In this document: positions 23,651 through 37,738 of the stretch, in pieces
Numbering within the stretch: position 1 is the stretch's first letter
Layout of the letters: the number at the start of each line of letters is the position of its first letter
NCBI GenBank assembly: GCA_965153455.1
Contig: OZ234494.1
Span: forward strand, 9,734,001-9,798,000
Direction: 5' to 3'
DNA: 64,000 nucleotides
Source: Sphagnum compactum
Taxonomy: Eukaryota
Notes under the pieces: generated by a model
Database searches by the model: none
The model's input: only the letters and a program-made list of their open reading frames with translations
What the model was told of the DNA's origin: nothing
Position numbers and translations under genes: made by a program

Positions 23651-26448
23651 ATGAATGGCTTTATTAAAGGCATCATTGGATCCTTATAATGTGTTTGTGC
23701 CTTGTTGTGCTAACCACCTTTTTTAAGGCAAGGTTGAAATATGTTTCAAGCAAGGTAAACTAAGTTACAATTTTGAAACTAGTAATAGGGTCCAAATTGA
23801 GTGACCCTATTATTTGTAAAAATCACTCCAAGATGTAATCATTGCTTAATTTTGGTTGTAATAAATGGTTACTTTAGTTGATGTTAAAAAATTTAGATGC
23901 ACTTTTACAATAATATTCTTGATGTATTATAAGAAGCTTTGAAAAACTTTGAAATGAATTTAATAAATATGAAATATTAATTTTTTAAAAAAAACAAAGT
24001 AATCAATATTTTTTGTTATCTAAAAGATTCTTAAAAGACTCAACATGATTTGAAAATGACATTTTTATGAGAAACCATTTATGTACACCTTTACATTATA
24101 ATATAACAAGGTTTTGGGCCATAAAAATCAAAACAATATGGACACCCAATAGTGGGGTTTAAGTTGATTGTCCCGATTGGGATTTGGATTTTTGGCTAAT
24201 TTTGGATCTTTTTGGGTCAATATGTAAGTTATGATTTTAAGCATATTTTACAAAATATTTTTCTCTTAAGGATTTAATGATGACATAGTCCTTAGGGTAG
24301 GTGACTCCTTATACTCAATTTGGACCCGATAATGGGGTTCAATTTTTTTATATCCAATTTTAGTTAAGTAGCCAATAATGTAGAATATATTTCTATTTTC
24401 ATATCTTGTTTTTGCTAGATTTTGTTAGTTTTTCTTATGAAAATTACACCACAAAATTAATAGAAATATAGTGGAACTCATAGAATTGATTTCTTACAAA
24501 AGATAAAAAATATGTAACCCATTATGTTTTCGGTTAATTTCTTTTATGTATCATCATTGGTGATCATCTCCAAAAATATTTAATATTCATTGGCGACAAG
24601 GTTTATGAAAAAATGTGAAAATTAATTTTTAAAATTGGTGAATACTACCCCAAAACTAAAAATTGTTTCAAAATATGGTGAAATCCCTTCCCCCAGAACA
24701 TTGAAAATTTGGCAAATTTTAAGTGAATTTTTGCTTGGAAAAAAAGAAGAAGAAGCATCCACTGGGTCCAAACGCATTCAAAAAAGCCAACATGATTGTA
24801 CTTCACTTAAGAATTGTGCATATTTTTTCCCAAAACTAATTTTTCATTAAAAAAAGTTCAATTTGGAATGATTATTTTTTCAGCTTATTATTGAATATGT
24901 TTATAATTGCTCTAATATATCACATGTTGTGTGTTAATCATTGTTGAATAAATATGAAATTTTAAAATTGTGAAATGATGTTAGATCTATTTGTTAATTG
25001 TCAATGAAAAATGATCACATTGATTTAAGATCAAACCAAAGTATATTCAATATTTGAAAGTTTACTTTATTATTACTATATGCTATTTGTTTTTTACACA
25101 TTATGTTCATTGTACCCCAGTTACATGTGATAAAGGATTATTGGAATTCAATTCAATTTAAATTTCAATGAGAACATCAACCCTATTGAATCCAAAGGAA
25201 AAAAAATTGTGATGAATTCAACTCAAGACAATTCAATTGAATATGAATTCAATTAAATTTGAATTCAATACGATGAATTCAAATTGAATTTAGGAATTTG
25301 AATCCAAATTCAAAGTCAAGTTGCATGCAATGACATTCAATATTTCCACAAAATGAGTTTTTTTTCCATCAAAATTTCATTGTCATGGTAATGCAAAACA
25401 ATGTGGAGCCCAAGGGTGATAAAGGATTGTTGAAATTATGATATTCTCAAAGATATTTCGAATTCCTAAAATGATCAAATTTTAGATTTTTAAAATTGTG
25501 TTTTTTAAGTGTGGCTAGTATGTTTTTAATGGATTTATATTTTTTGCCATCACACCATTTTTGTGAGATGAGAATTAAATGATTCCTTTGCAAAATTATC
25601 CTTAATTGACACACCTCTTGTTCATTTTCAAAAGTTATTCAATTCAACAATAGAAATTAAATTAAATTAAATTTCAATATGAATATTCCAAAATTCATTT
25701 GAATCATTTAACACTACGTCTCATGATTAGTTTCAAATAAAAAAAAGAAAAAATCTATGATAAATTGTAGTTGTCATATGACCCAATGTTTTTTTTGGCA
25801 ATATTTTAGCTTCTTTTGAAAAACAATTGCCCCATTGAAACTTGGTAATTGTTCAAACAAGGGGTCAATAGGACCCATCATCAAAGTAATGAAACTTGAA
25901 TGTGTGCCCTAATTATTTAGTTCCAATGATGACTAAAGTAGCTAGTTGTGCACAAGGGCGTAATCACAATCACAATCCATCGAACCAAAAAAGGAATCAG
26001 ATCACAAACAGAATTAATCAAAATTAAAGAAACATTTATGTTCTTTCCATTAAAACCATGGCAATCATGGCAAGTTGTTTCTTGTTCATTCATATGAATG
26101 TCATGGAATTCAAACTAAAAATCCATTTGTGAAATTTTAGGTTTAAGTTTTGATTTAAAACATTTGAAAATGAACATTTATTGTGTTAGAAGGAGCCAAT
26201 TTTGCAAAGGATTATCAAAAGGACTCATATAATAAAAATATTTTGATGAAAAAATATTAAGAAAATAAACATCTATTGATCACATTCAAAAAACAGTCAT
26301 ACCCTCAATAATGTGGAATTTTAGAAGTTTAAAAATTCAAAGAACTTTTCGAAAATAACAAAAATTTTAAAAAGTTCAAGAATCATTTACCACATACAAA
26401 TGGGGTAGAAAGACACAATGTGTTAAGAAAAGTTATAGCTTGGCCACT

Positions 26449-26764
26449 TTAGATGAGGGTCCAAGGTTCAAGATCCAACAACATAGAGCAATCCTATTGG
26501 TTGACAACCATAAATTGGACCCAAGTGCTTTAGATGAAGGTCCAAAAGCAAAAAGTGGCAAACAAAGGTCAAACCTACATGATGCCTCTTTTGGAGGGAA
26601 AATTTATTGGTTTGGACCAAAAAAAAGATTTAGAAAGAGAGCTCATGATTTGAAGAACCAAGATCCAAATTAGGGTCCAAGGCATGGTCCAATTCAAGGA
26701 TTCAATTTGCTTCAATTGTGTCCAAATTGGTTCATATGAATTTGGACCTTGGACTTTCATCTAA
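26449..26764. mobile_element. MITE with terminal inverted repeats
   Basis: TTAGATGAGGGTCCAAGGTTCAA pairs with rc of TTTGGACCTTGGACTTTCATCTAA. Internal GGTCCAA/TTGGACC repeats. Confidence 0.6.
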
Positions 26765-29700
26765 CAAGAAAATAGAAAAATGTAAAAAATGAACTTTAAG
26801 TTATGGTTTGAAATTTTTATCATTTAAACAAATGAAAAATATAATTGACAAAGAATATGCACACTTTCAGAAATTCATACTTATTCAAAAATGATAAGCA
26901 AAAACAATGTCATGTATTAGGACAACTATAAGCATTTTTTAATAACAATTTGCACAAAATTTTGCTCAAAGATTCATTCATATGACATTTGTTTTTGGGC
27001 CAAAAGACATGCAGTCCTTGTCTAAAGTAACATTGTATGTTGTTTGCACCCACAAGATGAAACACATGACTACATTACTAAAATTCTAAGATTTCCAATC
27101 ACAATTTGTCCCAATCATGGATGTTGAATTTCAACTCTTTTTTTGTTAAAACATTTATTTAAACATTGATAACCCAATGATTATTTTTGCAATTTTGTGA
27201 TGTTACTCAAATGGTAATAACTCATAAGTATATTTAGCCAAATTTCACGATATTAAAAATATGAAAGTAAAAAATATACAGTTCCCTTTCATATTGTAAA
27301 CAATTGTGGAGTTTTTTGGTGAAATTTTATTCAAAAAATCATTTTTTGATAAATGTTTTTAAAAAAAGACGAATTTTCAAAATAATATATTATTTCAAAA
27401 TAATTCACCACAAAAAGAAATCACTAATATAACCTATATATATATATATGCATATGTTATATTATGTAGTGATTGTAGTGCCCTAATTGCCCTTTAGTTC
27501 CAAAATGAGCAAAATCCCACCCCACTCCCCCTTTTTTTTTGGCCTATGGTGTTCCCATATGATTCTTAATAGTTCATCATTATTTATGTTAGGTCTTAAA
27601 TTTGCTCGAAAATGGGTTAAGTAGATAGGCCTGAAAAAGGTAAATTATTAAATTATTTCAATATAGAGAGCATGGACATGAAAGGCATGTGTGAATTTAC
27701 CTTTCTCATATCCAAGTGAGTAGAGGAAAGGAGAATTGAAATAACATGGGCATGAAAAGGCACATGTTAATTTGCCTTTTCATATGCATGTAACTGAATA
27801 AGGAAAGGATTGAGGTACTTAGACTTGGAAGAGGTAAGTTTGAATGGCACAAATAGATAGACATCATTTTTTCATTATATAGATTACAAAAAAATATGAA
27901 TATTTCAAAATATGACAAAAAATAAAGGTAGCGATTGTGGTTGATTCAATACAAAGATTAACACACATGATTACACTGGGGTGACACAAAATGCCATTCG
28001 CAAGATTCAACAATACACACTATTGACATGTTTGGTCATGAGTGTGCATTTCCTCCTCACACCTTATGCATAGGGACAACAATCAAACCAAGTCACCAAC
28101 AAAAACATTGATGTCATTGCAAATAATTAGTTTCAACCAAAAGGTTACTAAACAAATTGTCACAAAATTTAGACACATTCTTTGAGACAAAAAAGAATTA
28201 AAGTGTGGTTTTTCATTTCGATCTTAATATTAATTTCAACATCAATAAGTACACAATCAAAAGAATAATTTTGATTTTAATTCAAAGAACTCTTTGCCAA
28301 TGAAAAGTTACTTCAATTCATGAATGTTAGTGTTCATGGATGTCTTTAGATTCGCAATGAATTTAAAATTCTTAAAATGACACATCTAATTCTTTCAAGG
28401 GAAAATTTAGCTTCTCTTTTATGCAATTTATGAATTTGTTAAACATATTCATAAAATTACAAAGTTATCAACTCATATGTTCACAAAATTAACATGTGCT
28501 TTCTTTAACAACTTAAAATAAAACTTGAGCTGTTAATTTTAAAAATAATGTGTAATCCACAAACATGTTTAAACTTTAAAGAAAAATGTTGTTCCATTTC
28601 ATGTATCAAAAATTATGCATGTATCTAAATCAAACCTTGAAGGAGTATCAAGCTACCACATGGCCCTTTCAAGAAAGAAGGGATTAGTGGCTAGCTTTGT
28701 AACTTGTAAGTTGAAAAACCATCCAAAATCACTTTAGTTGCCCAACTTCAGCACTTCCTTAATTTCCTCCCAATTCAACAATTAATTGGATATGACACTT
28801 TTAAATGCCTTGGTTTGGATGAATGCAGACATCTAGATACCTATTTTTATTCATAAGTTAAATTCTCTTATGTAATAAAAGTATTTCACACTAGTTGCAT
28901 ATTACAATATTTATACCAATTGGTATACCTTAAGTCAATAACACGACTTTTGAAAATGTGGAGGAAAGGTGTTTATTCATCAAAATGCATCTGTTTTGTG
29001 ACCTGTATAAGTAACATGTTTAGAGGTTTTCTATTTTCTATTTCATATTACTAGACATCATCTTTCACCAAAATGATAAAAAATGATAATAACAATTAAT
29101 AGAGTTTAACCTTTTATATTTAAATTATGTATCCTCATCTTAGTCCATTCATCAAAGACCATCCACATGGCATGTTGAACATTCCTTACACACCATGAAA
29201 TGTTGTCTTCATGGATGGATGCTTATTTTACATGTATTAAGGGATGACAATGAGTTGGGCATGTGAATGCGAGCCAACTGAATATTAACAACCTCAACAA
29301 CCCCTCATTATGCATCAGGGACTAGGTAACCAGCAAAAGGACACTAGTTACTGAAAATAATTGAGGGGTGGAAGTATCAAAGATATTTTTGATAATCAAT
29401 GTCCTTGAGCTGGTTACGAGACATAGCCTTTTGTTTAAAGATTTGAAAGCGACCTTATAACCCTCATGTTGATGGATGGATGAAAATTTTCATAACCTTT
29501 TTGTAGATGGGCAAAAAAACATATAACCCTATTCCCCATGGATGAAAGTTCATAATCATTTTTTGTCGGATGATGTATTAAAAGAGAAAAGAAGAAGAAG
29601 AGGGAGAAAAACCTTGTATATAAAAATCAAGGACATGAACCCATCCAACAAAATTACAGGGCAAAAGAGAACATGAGTAAACACAATCCAAAGAAAAAAA

Positions 29701-30029
29701 AATGAAAGCCAACAATCAACAAAAAATAAGGAAAAGAAAACCCTATGCAAATACGACCCAAAGCTACGAAATGATGATCAATGATAACAAAGAAGACTTG
29801 AAACAAAAAAGTTGTCATCTACCACAAATTGGATAGTGATGGAGGTGCATTAGTTATGATGTGTGAAAGAGAAGAGGAACCCTGACCAAGTGCAACAACT
29901 CATTGAAGAATTGTTATGGCTTGTGTAGATTACAGGGCTATGGACACATACTGTCGATAGTGAGAAATGAGCATCGAGGGGACTAAAGAAGATCAGTGAT
30001 GATGCGCGATAGTGGTTTATGCATAAGCA

Positions 30030-33000
30030 ATAAGGGAATGAATCAAAACAAGAATGAAGACACCCATGCACCTCAATGCAAGGGGAATGAAATCATCGCT
30101 TGTGCTCATTTGGCGTAAGATCGTGTCTTCTCCTGAGCAGCCATTGTCATTGCATGTGATGTTGTCATTGATGCTCGTTGCACCATATCTATGCTAGTCA
30201 TATCAACAATGACAATGTACATCAAAATACAAAAGCCATATCTAGTAAGAAGAATATCCATTTGTCATCGAATGTGGCAAGGGAAAAGGTGGGAGACCTC
30301 CCTCTGAACATGTGCTTCATTCTCCAAAGTAATGGCTACAATAATATTTCGAAGTGTGTCGTGGGCTACTATATGTTCACTATCACATGGGCACCAAAGC
30401 AAATGGGTACTTAGATCATCAATGGTATGACCACACTAACACCATGAAAGGTGCGCAATTGTAAGATGTGGCAAACCGAGATGAATACGTAGTGCTGTAA
30501 GAAAATGGGCCGATGATAAACGAAATGCTGGTGTGGTAGGATGAGTTAATAACCAAGTGCATGCCCTTGGACTTGCACATGAGGGGAGACGTGCTTGTGC
30601 GATATCCAAAGGAATGTCTACTAGAAGGGAAGTAAACTCCTGTTCGTGTAAGTGATCCACCAAAAAAGCTTGCAACTAGGGTAAGACTGAACAACTAGGC
30701 TCTCAAAGGGTGGGACATGAGAATGGACATCTTGCGGTAACATGGCTCGGATATTTCGTAGTGCCATATGGAATGGGGAAATGATGGTTTCAACATGTGT
30801 TACTACATCGAGAAAAAAAAGGCAATCATCTTGTTGGAAAAGAATGACAAATGTAGGAGCGATCAGTGCCCAACACCCCAAGAATGCGAGGGCAACAATC
30901 CAAACCACAGAAGGGAGCCCAAGCCTACTCGAAGAAGCAAGAAGAATGGCCTAACGACGAACTAGGTGACTAATAGAACCACCAAAAGATCCCACACCAA
31001 GTAATTTTGCCAATGTAACTATGGTATGAGTATTGAACTCAGCATAATGCTGCAAACTACCTAGAGATGGGAACATTATACAAAGCAAGTAGTCCGGGCA
31101 TTGGGCGTAGCACAACGAAAGCATCACAAAAGCTGCCTGAGGATCTACAAGCATAAGGAGACTAAATATCTTCCCAAAATAATCACGGAAAGCCTCAACC
31201 ACAAATGATTCAACAAATGATGTGGATCCCACTAGTGCACCCAAAATACAAAAACATGAGTCAGAAATAAAAAAGCCAGGAGGAAGTGATATAGAGTGGT
31301 CCAACCCTTAAGGCTGCATTAAAAGACTTACTATTGATACTCCTCTTGTAATCATAAAAAACGCAAGAATCACATTGAATACGGGACCTAAAATATGTGT
31401 ATTATCCGCCAAAGAAGGGAAAACACAAGTAGGGTGGGCTGTTGTTATAGGGTGAAGAGCATGAAGGTGAGCCAAAACAAACAACGCTCCTCCCAATGGG
31501 TCTCTTTGTTGTGTACCTAACTCCGATGAAATGATTATGAAATCCCCATATTGGGAAGCTTGGGAAAAATATTGTGGGGATGAATGTGCATAGAATTGTC
31601 AAACAAATGGGAAAAACTGATCCAAAAAACCGAGTGAAGACCATAATTCTTGAAAAATTGTTGACTGTGACACCAAATTGAAGGTGTTACGAACATCCAC
31701 TTATAGCACCACCCAATTTGGGTGCAAATCTAACATTGCTCGAACGTCGTGAACCACTATCTTGCACTCGTCACGAGTCGATACACCAAATTGATGAGGA
31801 TTAAAATGTTTCGTGAAAGTATCCCTAAATTGGATGGCTAAAGTGCGGGCAACTAAACAATAGGTCACCTCACCAATCGCAATGGGACATATGCCTCCGT
31901 ATTACTTCTCCAACGCTAAGAGTCGAGATGCAGAAAACAAATGTGATACTGAAAGTGGAACATGACCTTGAGCAATGTGCCCACATATTTCGAAGAAGAA
32001 GTTGAAGGCACTAGCAAAATCATCTAGGACAAAATAATTTTGTTAAAACTGATACACCATACCCGAAGGGCCATCGGAAGAAAAATGTGGTGAACAAACC
32101 AAGGTAGAAACAAATGCTTCCCTATCTAAAGTAACCTCCGTCTCAGGATGGAAATCATCAACAAAAGGGGGGAGATCAACTTTAGTAGGTGGGTGGAGAA
32201 GGCAAAAGACTCCTATGGTCTCATCAAATGGGGCTGTAGGTGTGTTCGGAACTATTGCGCATATTCCTCAAGCATATTCCCCTACATGAGCAAAGGTGCG
32301 TGTGCAACATAATTGTGTTAATGGAGATGGGGTAGGATTTGGATTCGACTCCAAACGTTTGCGAGAAGTTAAAACGAGTGTTTTAATCGTGTGCTCCTTT
32401 TGTAATGCCTCCCAGTTGTCACCCATGTATTGACGTAAGTGAGCACGAGTCTCTTGGTGGCCTTTTTCACCACCCCGTGGAGGAGAGGACAAACACTAAG
32501 AAGGGAATAACAAAAATACATGCCATGCTACAACATTGGAAGGATCGGATGCAAGTCGAGATAAAGGGACATGCAAAACCCGCTGAACGTCAACTCGAAG
32601 CGCATATGAGATTTGATGGTAAGAACAAGGACATGATAGACCCAAATGGAAAACATCTATGATGTATATGGACGCAATCCATGTCTATGTTAAAAAGGGA
32701 GGAGAACATGGCAAAGTTGGGGGTAACACTCTTTTTAAGAGAGATGACTACCTATGAATAGTGCATGAAAGTTGGTGTCATTTTAAATCCCCCCTTACAT
32801 TGAACATACGATCATAAGAGGGACAAGGAATGCGGGTTCATGGAGGAGAGGATTGCATGATGAATACAAAAGAAGCTTTTAGTGAGTGTGGCAAACGAGA
32901 TGGAAAGGGGGCTAACATACCCAAAAAGGGTGAAGGGACTGGCCAAGGCAAACTAGGAGGGATGGGAATGATGGGTGGATGGATAGAAACTAGACCACAT

Positions 33001-33120
33001 CTGGGCATAAGGAAAAGCTGATAGATGGCTCTCCATTTGGTGCCTACTAAGATAGCTGGAACAATTAGGATGTTCAATGATGCTTTAGAGACGGATAACT
33101 CACAGGGTCTGCCATGCCTA
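30030..33120 (-). mobile_element. Decayed non-LTR retrotransposon, CRE-like (N-terminal Zn-finger relic, RT, C-terminal CCHC + restriction-like endonuclease)
   Basis: Translation across stops and frameshifts: 'WHVFLLFP..CLSSPPRGG', 'LLALEK..GGICPIAIGEV', 'HQFGV', 'DVRNTFN', 'GTQQRDPLGGALF', 'FPSLADNTHILGP', 'ILGALVGS', 'ALRIHLGLPH', 'C.CGHTIDDLSTHLLWC...HDTLR'. Confidence 0.8.
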
Positions 33121-33271
33121 TCCCCGACCTAACATATTTGGTTTGAAGTCGAAACCCTAAACCTCAATCTCGAAAACCCCCTTAATCCCCTTCAAACCCT
33201 AAAACTATTGCTCCAAAAGAGGTGTACATATAAACAAAGCGAAAAAAACAAGAAGAATACACATGGCAAAA

Positions 33272-33385
33272 GACTCACGAAAACCCCAAAAAAATGGGTG
33301 GGAATAACAAGTGGACCTAGTTGCAAAGTAGATTCACGAAAACCCAAAAAAATGGGTGATATTAGCAAGTGGACCTAGTTGCAGA
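33272..33385. repeat. ~59-bp tandem duplication (possible 5' UTR repeats of the CRE-like element)
   Basis: GA(C/T)TCACGAAAACCC...AAAATGGGTG...CAAGTGGACCTAGTTGCA occurs twice in tandem. Confidence 0.7.
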
Positions 33386-36300
33386 TTCGTTAGCGCTCGT
33401 ATGCTGCAACTCAAGGGCTCTACTTGACTACCCTGCTTGCTCTGCCTTGCTCCTATCTCTCTTTGCCTCGCCCTATCAGCTCAACCTTGCATTGCCCTAA
33501 ACACTAGTACTAGTAGTATTGCCACTATTCTTACACTCACAAACCCTAATAACTCCACTCATTACTGTTTTTTCAATTGATGTTGCCCCTCTTTCAAACC
33601 CTACCCCAAAAGCCTATCTACTTCTGATACTCAGCAGCTCATGTGGAGCTTGGAGGACTTCTGAAAAGAGACATCTAAACACCATATCCTTGCCTTCTAG
33701 GCAAGGCCAACAAATAGTACTTAGTATAGTCTTTGATATGCTCTGTTGCACTCTCAAGTTTCTACTAGGTATTGCTCTTTGTAGTCTCGGCTCTCTCTGG
33801 AGAGAAGATCATCTAGAGAGATAAGAGAAGTTATGCATAGTGAGAGATGAGGAGAGAACCATTCAAAAGCTTGAAAACCTCTGAACAGAAGGTTATGTAT
33901 AGTTTATTCAATCAAAATAAACTTATTAGATCCACGAATTCATAGGTGTTGATACTATATTGAAAAGTGAAAGCTATATCCATTTTTGTTTTGTAAAAAG
34001 TAATAAAAGTGAGGGCATATTCCATTTGTTGAAATTCAAATTAATTTTTTTAAAAAATGATTTTCAACATCCGATGTTAATGTCATTTTTTCCCCCTCAA
34101 GGATGGAAAATGACAAAACCCAATGGAATTTGATTTCCTTCCCAATCTCAATCGGCTATGTCTTGGAAAAGTAAAGCTATTGCATACTACCCAAGGTTGT
34201 CAAAACTGACCTCATGTGACATGCCGAATTTAAGTCAATCGTCACAAGAAGGGGAGTTAACTAATATTTAATGCAATAAAATACAAGTACAAAACATACA
34301 TGGGTCTGGGTGTCCATAGGAGACTAGAAAATATCTGCACCATTTTTTTTCAAATTTATTTATTTCAGTGACAATGTTTCATATAGAATTATTTTTTGTT
34401 GTCTATTTTTCATTTTTTTTATGTTTTTTTTCTGTTTGTGTTTGGTTTTTTTAAAACATCTTTTCAAAAAAAAAATTCTTGTGTTTATTTGCATTTCTTT
34501 TTAGTGAAATTGTCTAATGAACCAGATTTTCGTTAACATTTTGCCTACCAAATCAAGAATGAAAAAAATATTAATAAAAAAATGACATATAAAATTTTAT
34601 AAAATTTTATCTTTTGAAAAAAATATTACAACAAAATTATTATGTCCACAAAAAATAATTTAATCATTGTCAATGCAACATGGAGCCCAAATTTAATTAT
34701 TTATTTATTTATACCGAGTGATTGAAAATGATCTTGACCACCCATGGATGATAACTGGAAATATTTGTGCTCCATTGCAACTTGAAACGATCAATATCAT
34801 TAATTTATTTCTCCCTCTTTTTTTGTCATCCATGGATGACTCAGAAATTTGATCTTTGCCATCCATGGGCAACCGAATCACCAAAAGTTGGAGGAAAGAA
34901 TGTGTTGGGCCAAATATGGCAAGCAAGAATATTAAAATACATTATGGGAGTCTATGTAGATGATGTGGGTCCTTTTGTTTTGGTGACAAAAGAACAAATA
35001 CACCTCTCAAAATTGATCCATGCCCTTGTCGGATAACCCCCTCCAAGTCAACCGAAAGCTTTGGCCGTGAATATATATTAAACTAGTATTTTGTTCCTTT
35101 GCCCCCTTGTGACGCCCTTTGGGTTTGTGCACTTTTGGCTCGGACTTGGGGTCCTCTATCTCTCTCTCTCTCTCTTTGTCCTCCCTTTCCCCCTTTGCTG
35201 GGTGCTTTGTTTATATAAAGTTTATCAGGGTTTCATCAGTATTTCCTAAGTTCTGAAAGGGTCACTTATATACAACATATTATGAGGATCACAAAGTCCC
35301 CATTGTATACAGTTGTGTTTCTTTTATTGGCAAATTATCACCAAATTTTAACTTATGCAAAGGATTTTTTTTATGGAAAAATTTACCCATATTCGCCAGA
35401 TTTCGAAAGTCTTTTTTTTCAAATTGCCAAATTTTCATGATAAGTTCAAGTAGGTAGCCAAAAATGTAAAAAAGATTTTTTTCCTGCTACTTTCATATCC
35501 AATATGTAGACAAAATTTGGCTACATTATCTTGTGAATGATCACCACTTTGGCTACATCACAAAATCCCTAAAAGAAACCCTAATATACCATATAGCTAA
35601 GGGTCAGTTTCCACATTGACAAAACAAATAAAAAAAATGTCAATTTGTTTTATACTTTAAAATTTACATGACCTACTGTGATGTTGTCATATGAGTAGCG
35701 AAATTATTGAGAATGTGCCCCATGATAATTATGATAATTTTCAACTTGTCAACTTCATATTTTCACAATAAGTTGTTTCACTCTTTTGAGGATCATTTAA
35801 TAGCGAAACTAACCTTAGGTTAGGCACATCAGATTTCATATTGTTTGTGTCAATGAAAAGGACCCATTTTGAGATAATTTTCATTTAAAGATGTGGCAAG
35901 AGTCTAGGTCAATACATGCCATTGAATAACTACAATGAAGTAATTTATTCAATTTAGACTGACTAATTATTGAAGAAGCATGTTACAAAATAGAAGTTCT
36001 CTCTAGCATTGTTGAATTGTAAAGATTTAAATCCTGCAACTACTACTGCACATTGTATTTTGTTGAATTATACAAACCCATTCTCACGGGTTACCTTAGT
36101 TTAACCCGTAGTTTAAAAAGTTCTTTAACCCGTAGTTTTTTAAATTTCAGGAATCTTACAAATTTAGCATAAGGTCCCTTATGCTTTTGCAAGATTCCTG
36201 AATTTGAAAGGTGGAGTCTTCTTCCTGGGGAGGTGTGTTCATTAAGTACAAACACAAAAAAAGTGTTTATTAAGTACAAACACAAAAAAAATTTAAATTT

Positions 36301-36909
36301 TATGTAAATTTTGCAAATGAAAATATGTGAGTGCAAAATACCAATTTATGTTTGGAGCCCATCATTTTGAATAATAATTTGTACCAAATAAAAAAGAAAG
36401 CCAAAAACCCTTTGGAAACCCCCCCCCATCAAAAGAGCCACCAGTAACAAGGGGTGTCTCACACCGTGGCCTTGCCATTTTACATTATAAAGTATCTTAA
36501 GGCACAAGAAGAATTAATATGAAAACTCAAATATGATCTTCAAAAAAATCCTCTAAAAGAAACCAAAATCCTTCCAGATAATTAGAACTCTGATAACTAA
36601 TCCCAAGTTTCAACACAATCCAAAATATCATCTTTCAAAAATCCTCATAACAATAATAATAGTAGACGTATTACATAGAGGCCAAAATCCATTAAGCTTC
36701 TATACTCTAGAATGAATCTAAACACAATATCCTTGACTCGGTAGGCAAGGCCAACAAACAGGGTCAAGAAGTAACAACAACTCATAGAAACCATATATAT
36801 CTCTGTGCACAGAAAGTCAGCTGCACACTTATCACATAGATTCTAACACACAAGCAGCACCTTGATGTCCGGAAGGGGTGGTGGTGTTCCTATCCTTCTC
36901 CCCACTGGC

Positions 36910-37738
36910 CAGAGTGAAGCAGCAGCACTCACAAGTGGAGCCTGAAGAATGGATGATAAGTGGGATCACGACCAAACAGTTTAATTTCTGTTGGGTTCCA
37001 CTTCCCTGGCTAACCACTGTAGTTGTTTTTTGCAGTTGCTTTTTTGTTCTCCCAATACCTACCTACTAACAACCCAAACCCACAGGCAGATTGTTAGTAG
37101 GTAGGTAATAAAAATAGCCCTTCCTAAGGGTCATCTATTTCCCTACCTATTTACTTATTGTATGTAGTACCTACCTACTTCTTCCAGAATGGGGTCATCA
37201 AGGTGAAACAAATACTAACTAGCTCAGTTGAAGTTCATCCACAACTGAGTCATAAGCTCATAACAGGCATCCAGTGGATGATGGTGCACTGGTCAGTGCT
37301 GATTCAAGCCAGCACCCACCAGCACCTCATCCAAACGAATGCCCAGTAAATATGACTCAGTTACAGAGGAACCTCAATTCAGTTAACATCCAGTTTCACC
37401 TTGGTAACCCATTGTGTAGGAAGCAAGTCCTATCAACAGGTAGATAGGTAAGAAAATAGGTGACTAATAGGTAGGCAGGTAGATGGTTTACACTTTACAC
37501 AGAGGTAAGGACTGTTTTTATTACGTAGCTACTAACAAACAGCTTGTGGGTTTGGGGTCGTTGGTTGGTAGGTAGGTAGGTAGGTAGGTAAGTAGGTAAG
37601 TAGTTTAAAAAAGAAAACTCAGTTAACCACCATGGTTACCGAGGGAACTGAAACCCAACGGAAAACTGTTTCCTGTTCCCAATTATCATCCATCCAGCCA
37701 TCCATCATGGTGCGGTGGTGGGGTTGCTGCTTCACTCT
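36910..37738. mobile_element. Foldback/MITE with long imperfect inverted repeats and (TAGG)n tracts
   Basis: Left blocks AGAGTGAAGCAGCA, ATGGATGATAAGTGGGA, AAACAGTTT..TTGGGTT and ACCTACCTACTAACAACCCAAACCCACA have reverse-complement counterparts in mirror order at 37545-37738. Confidence 0.7.
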
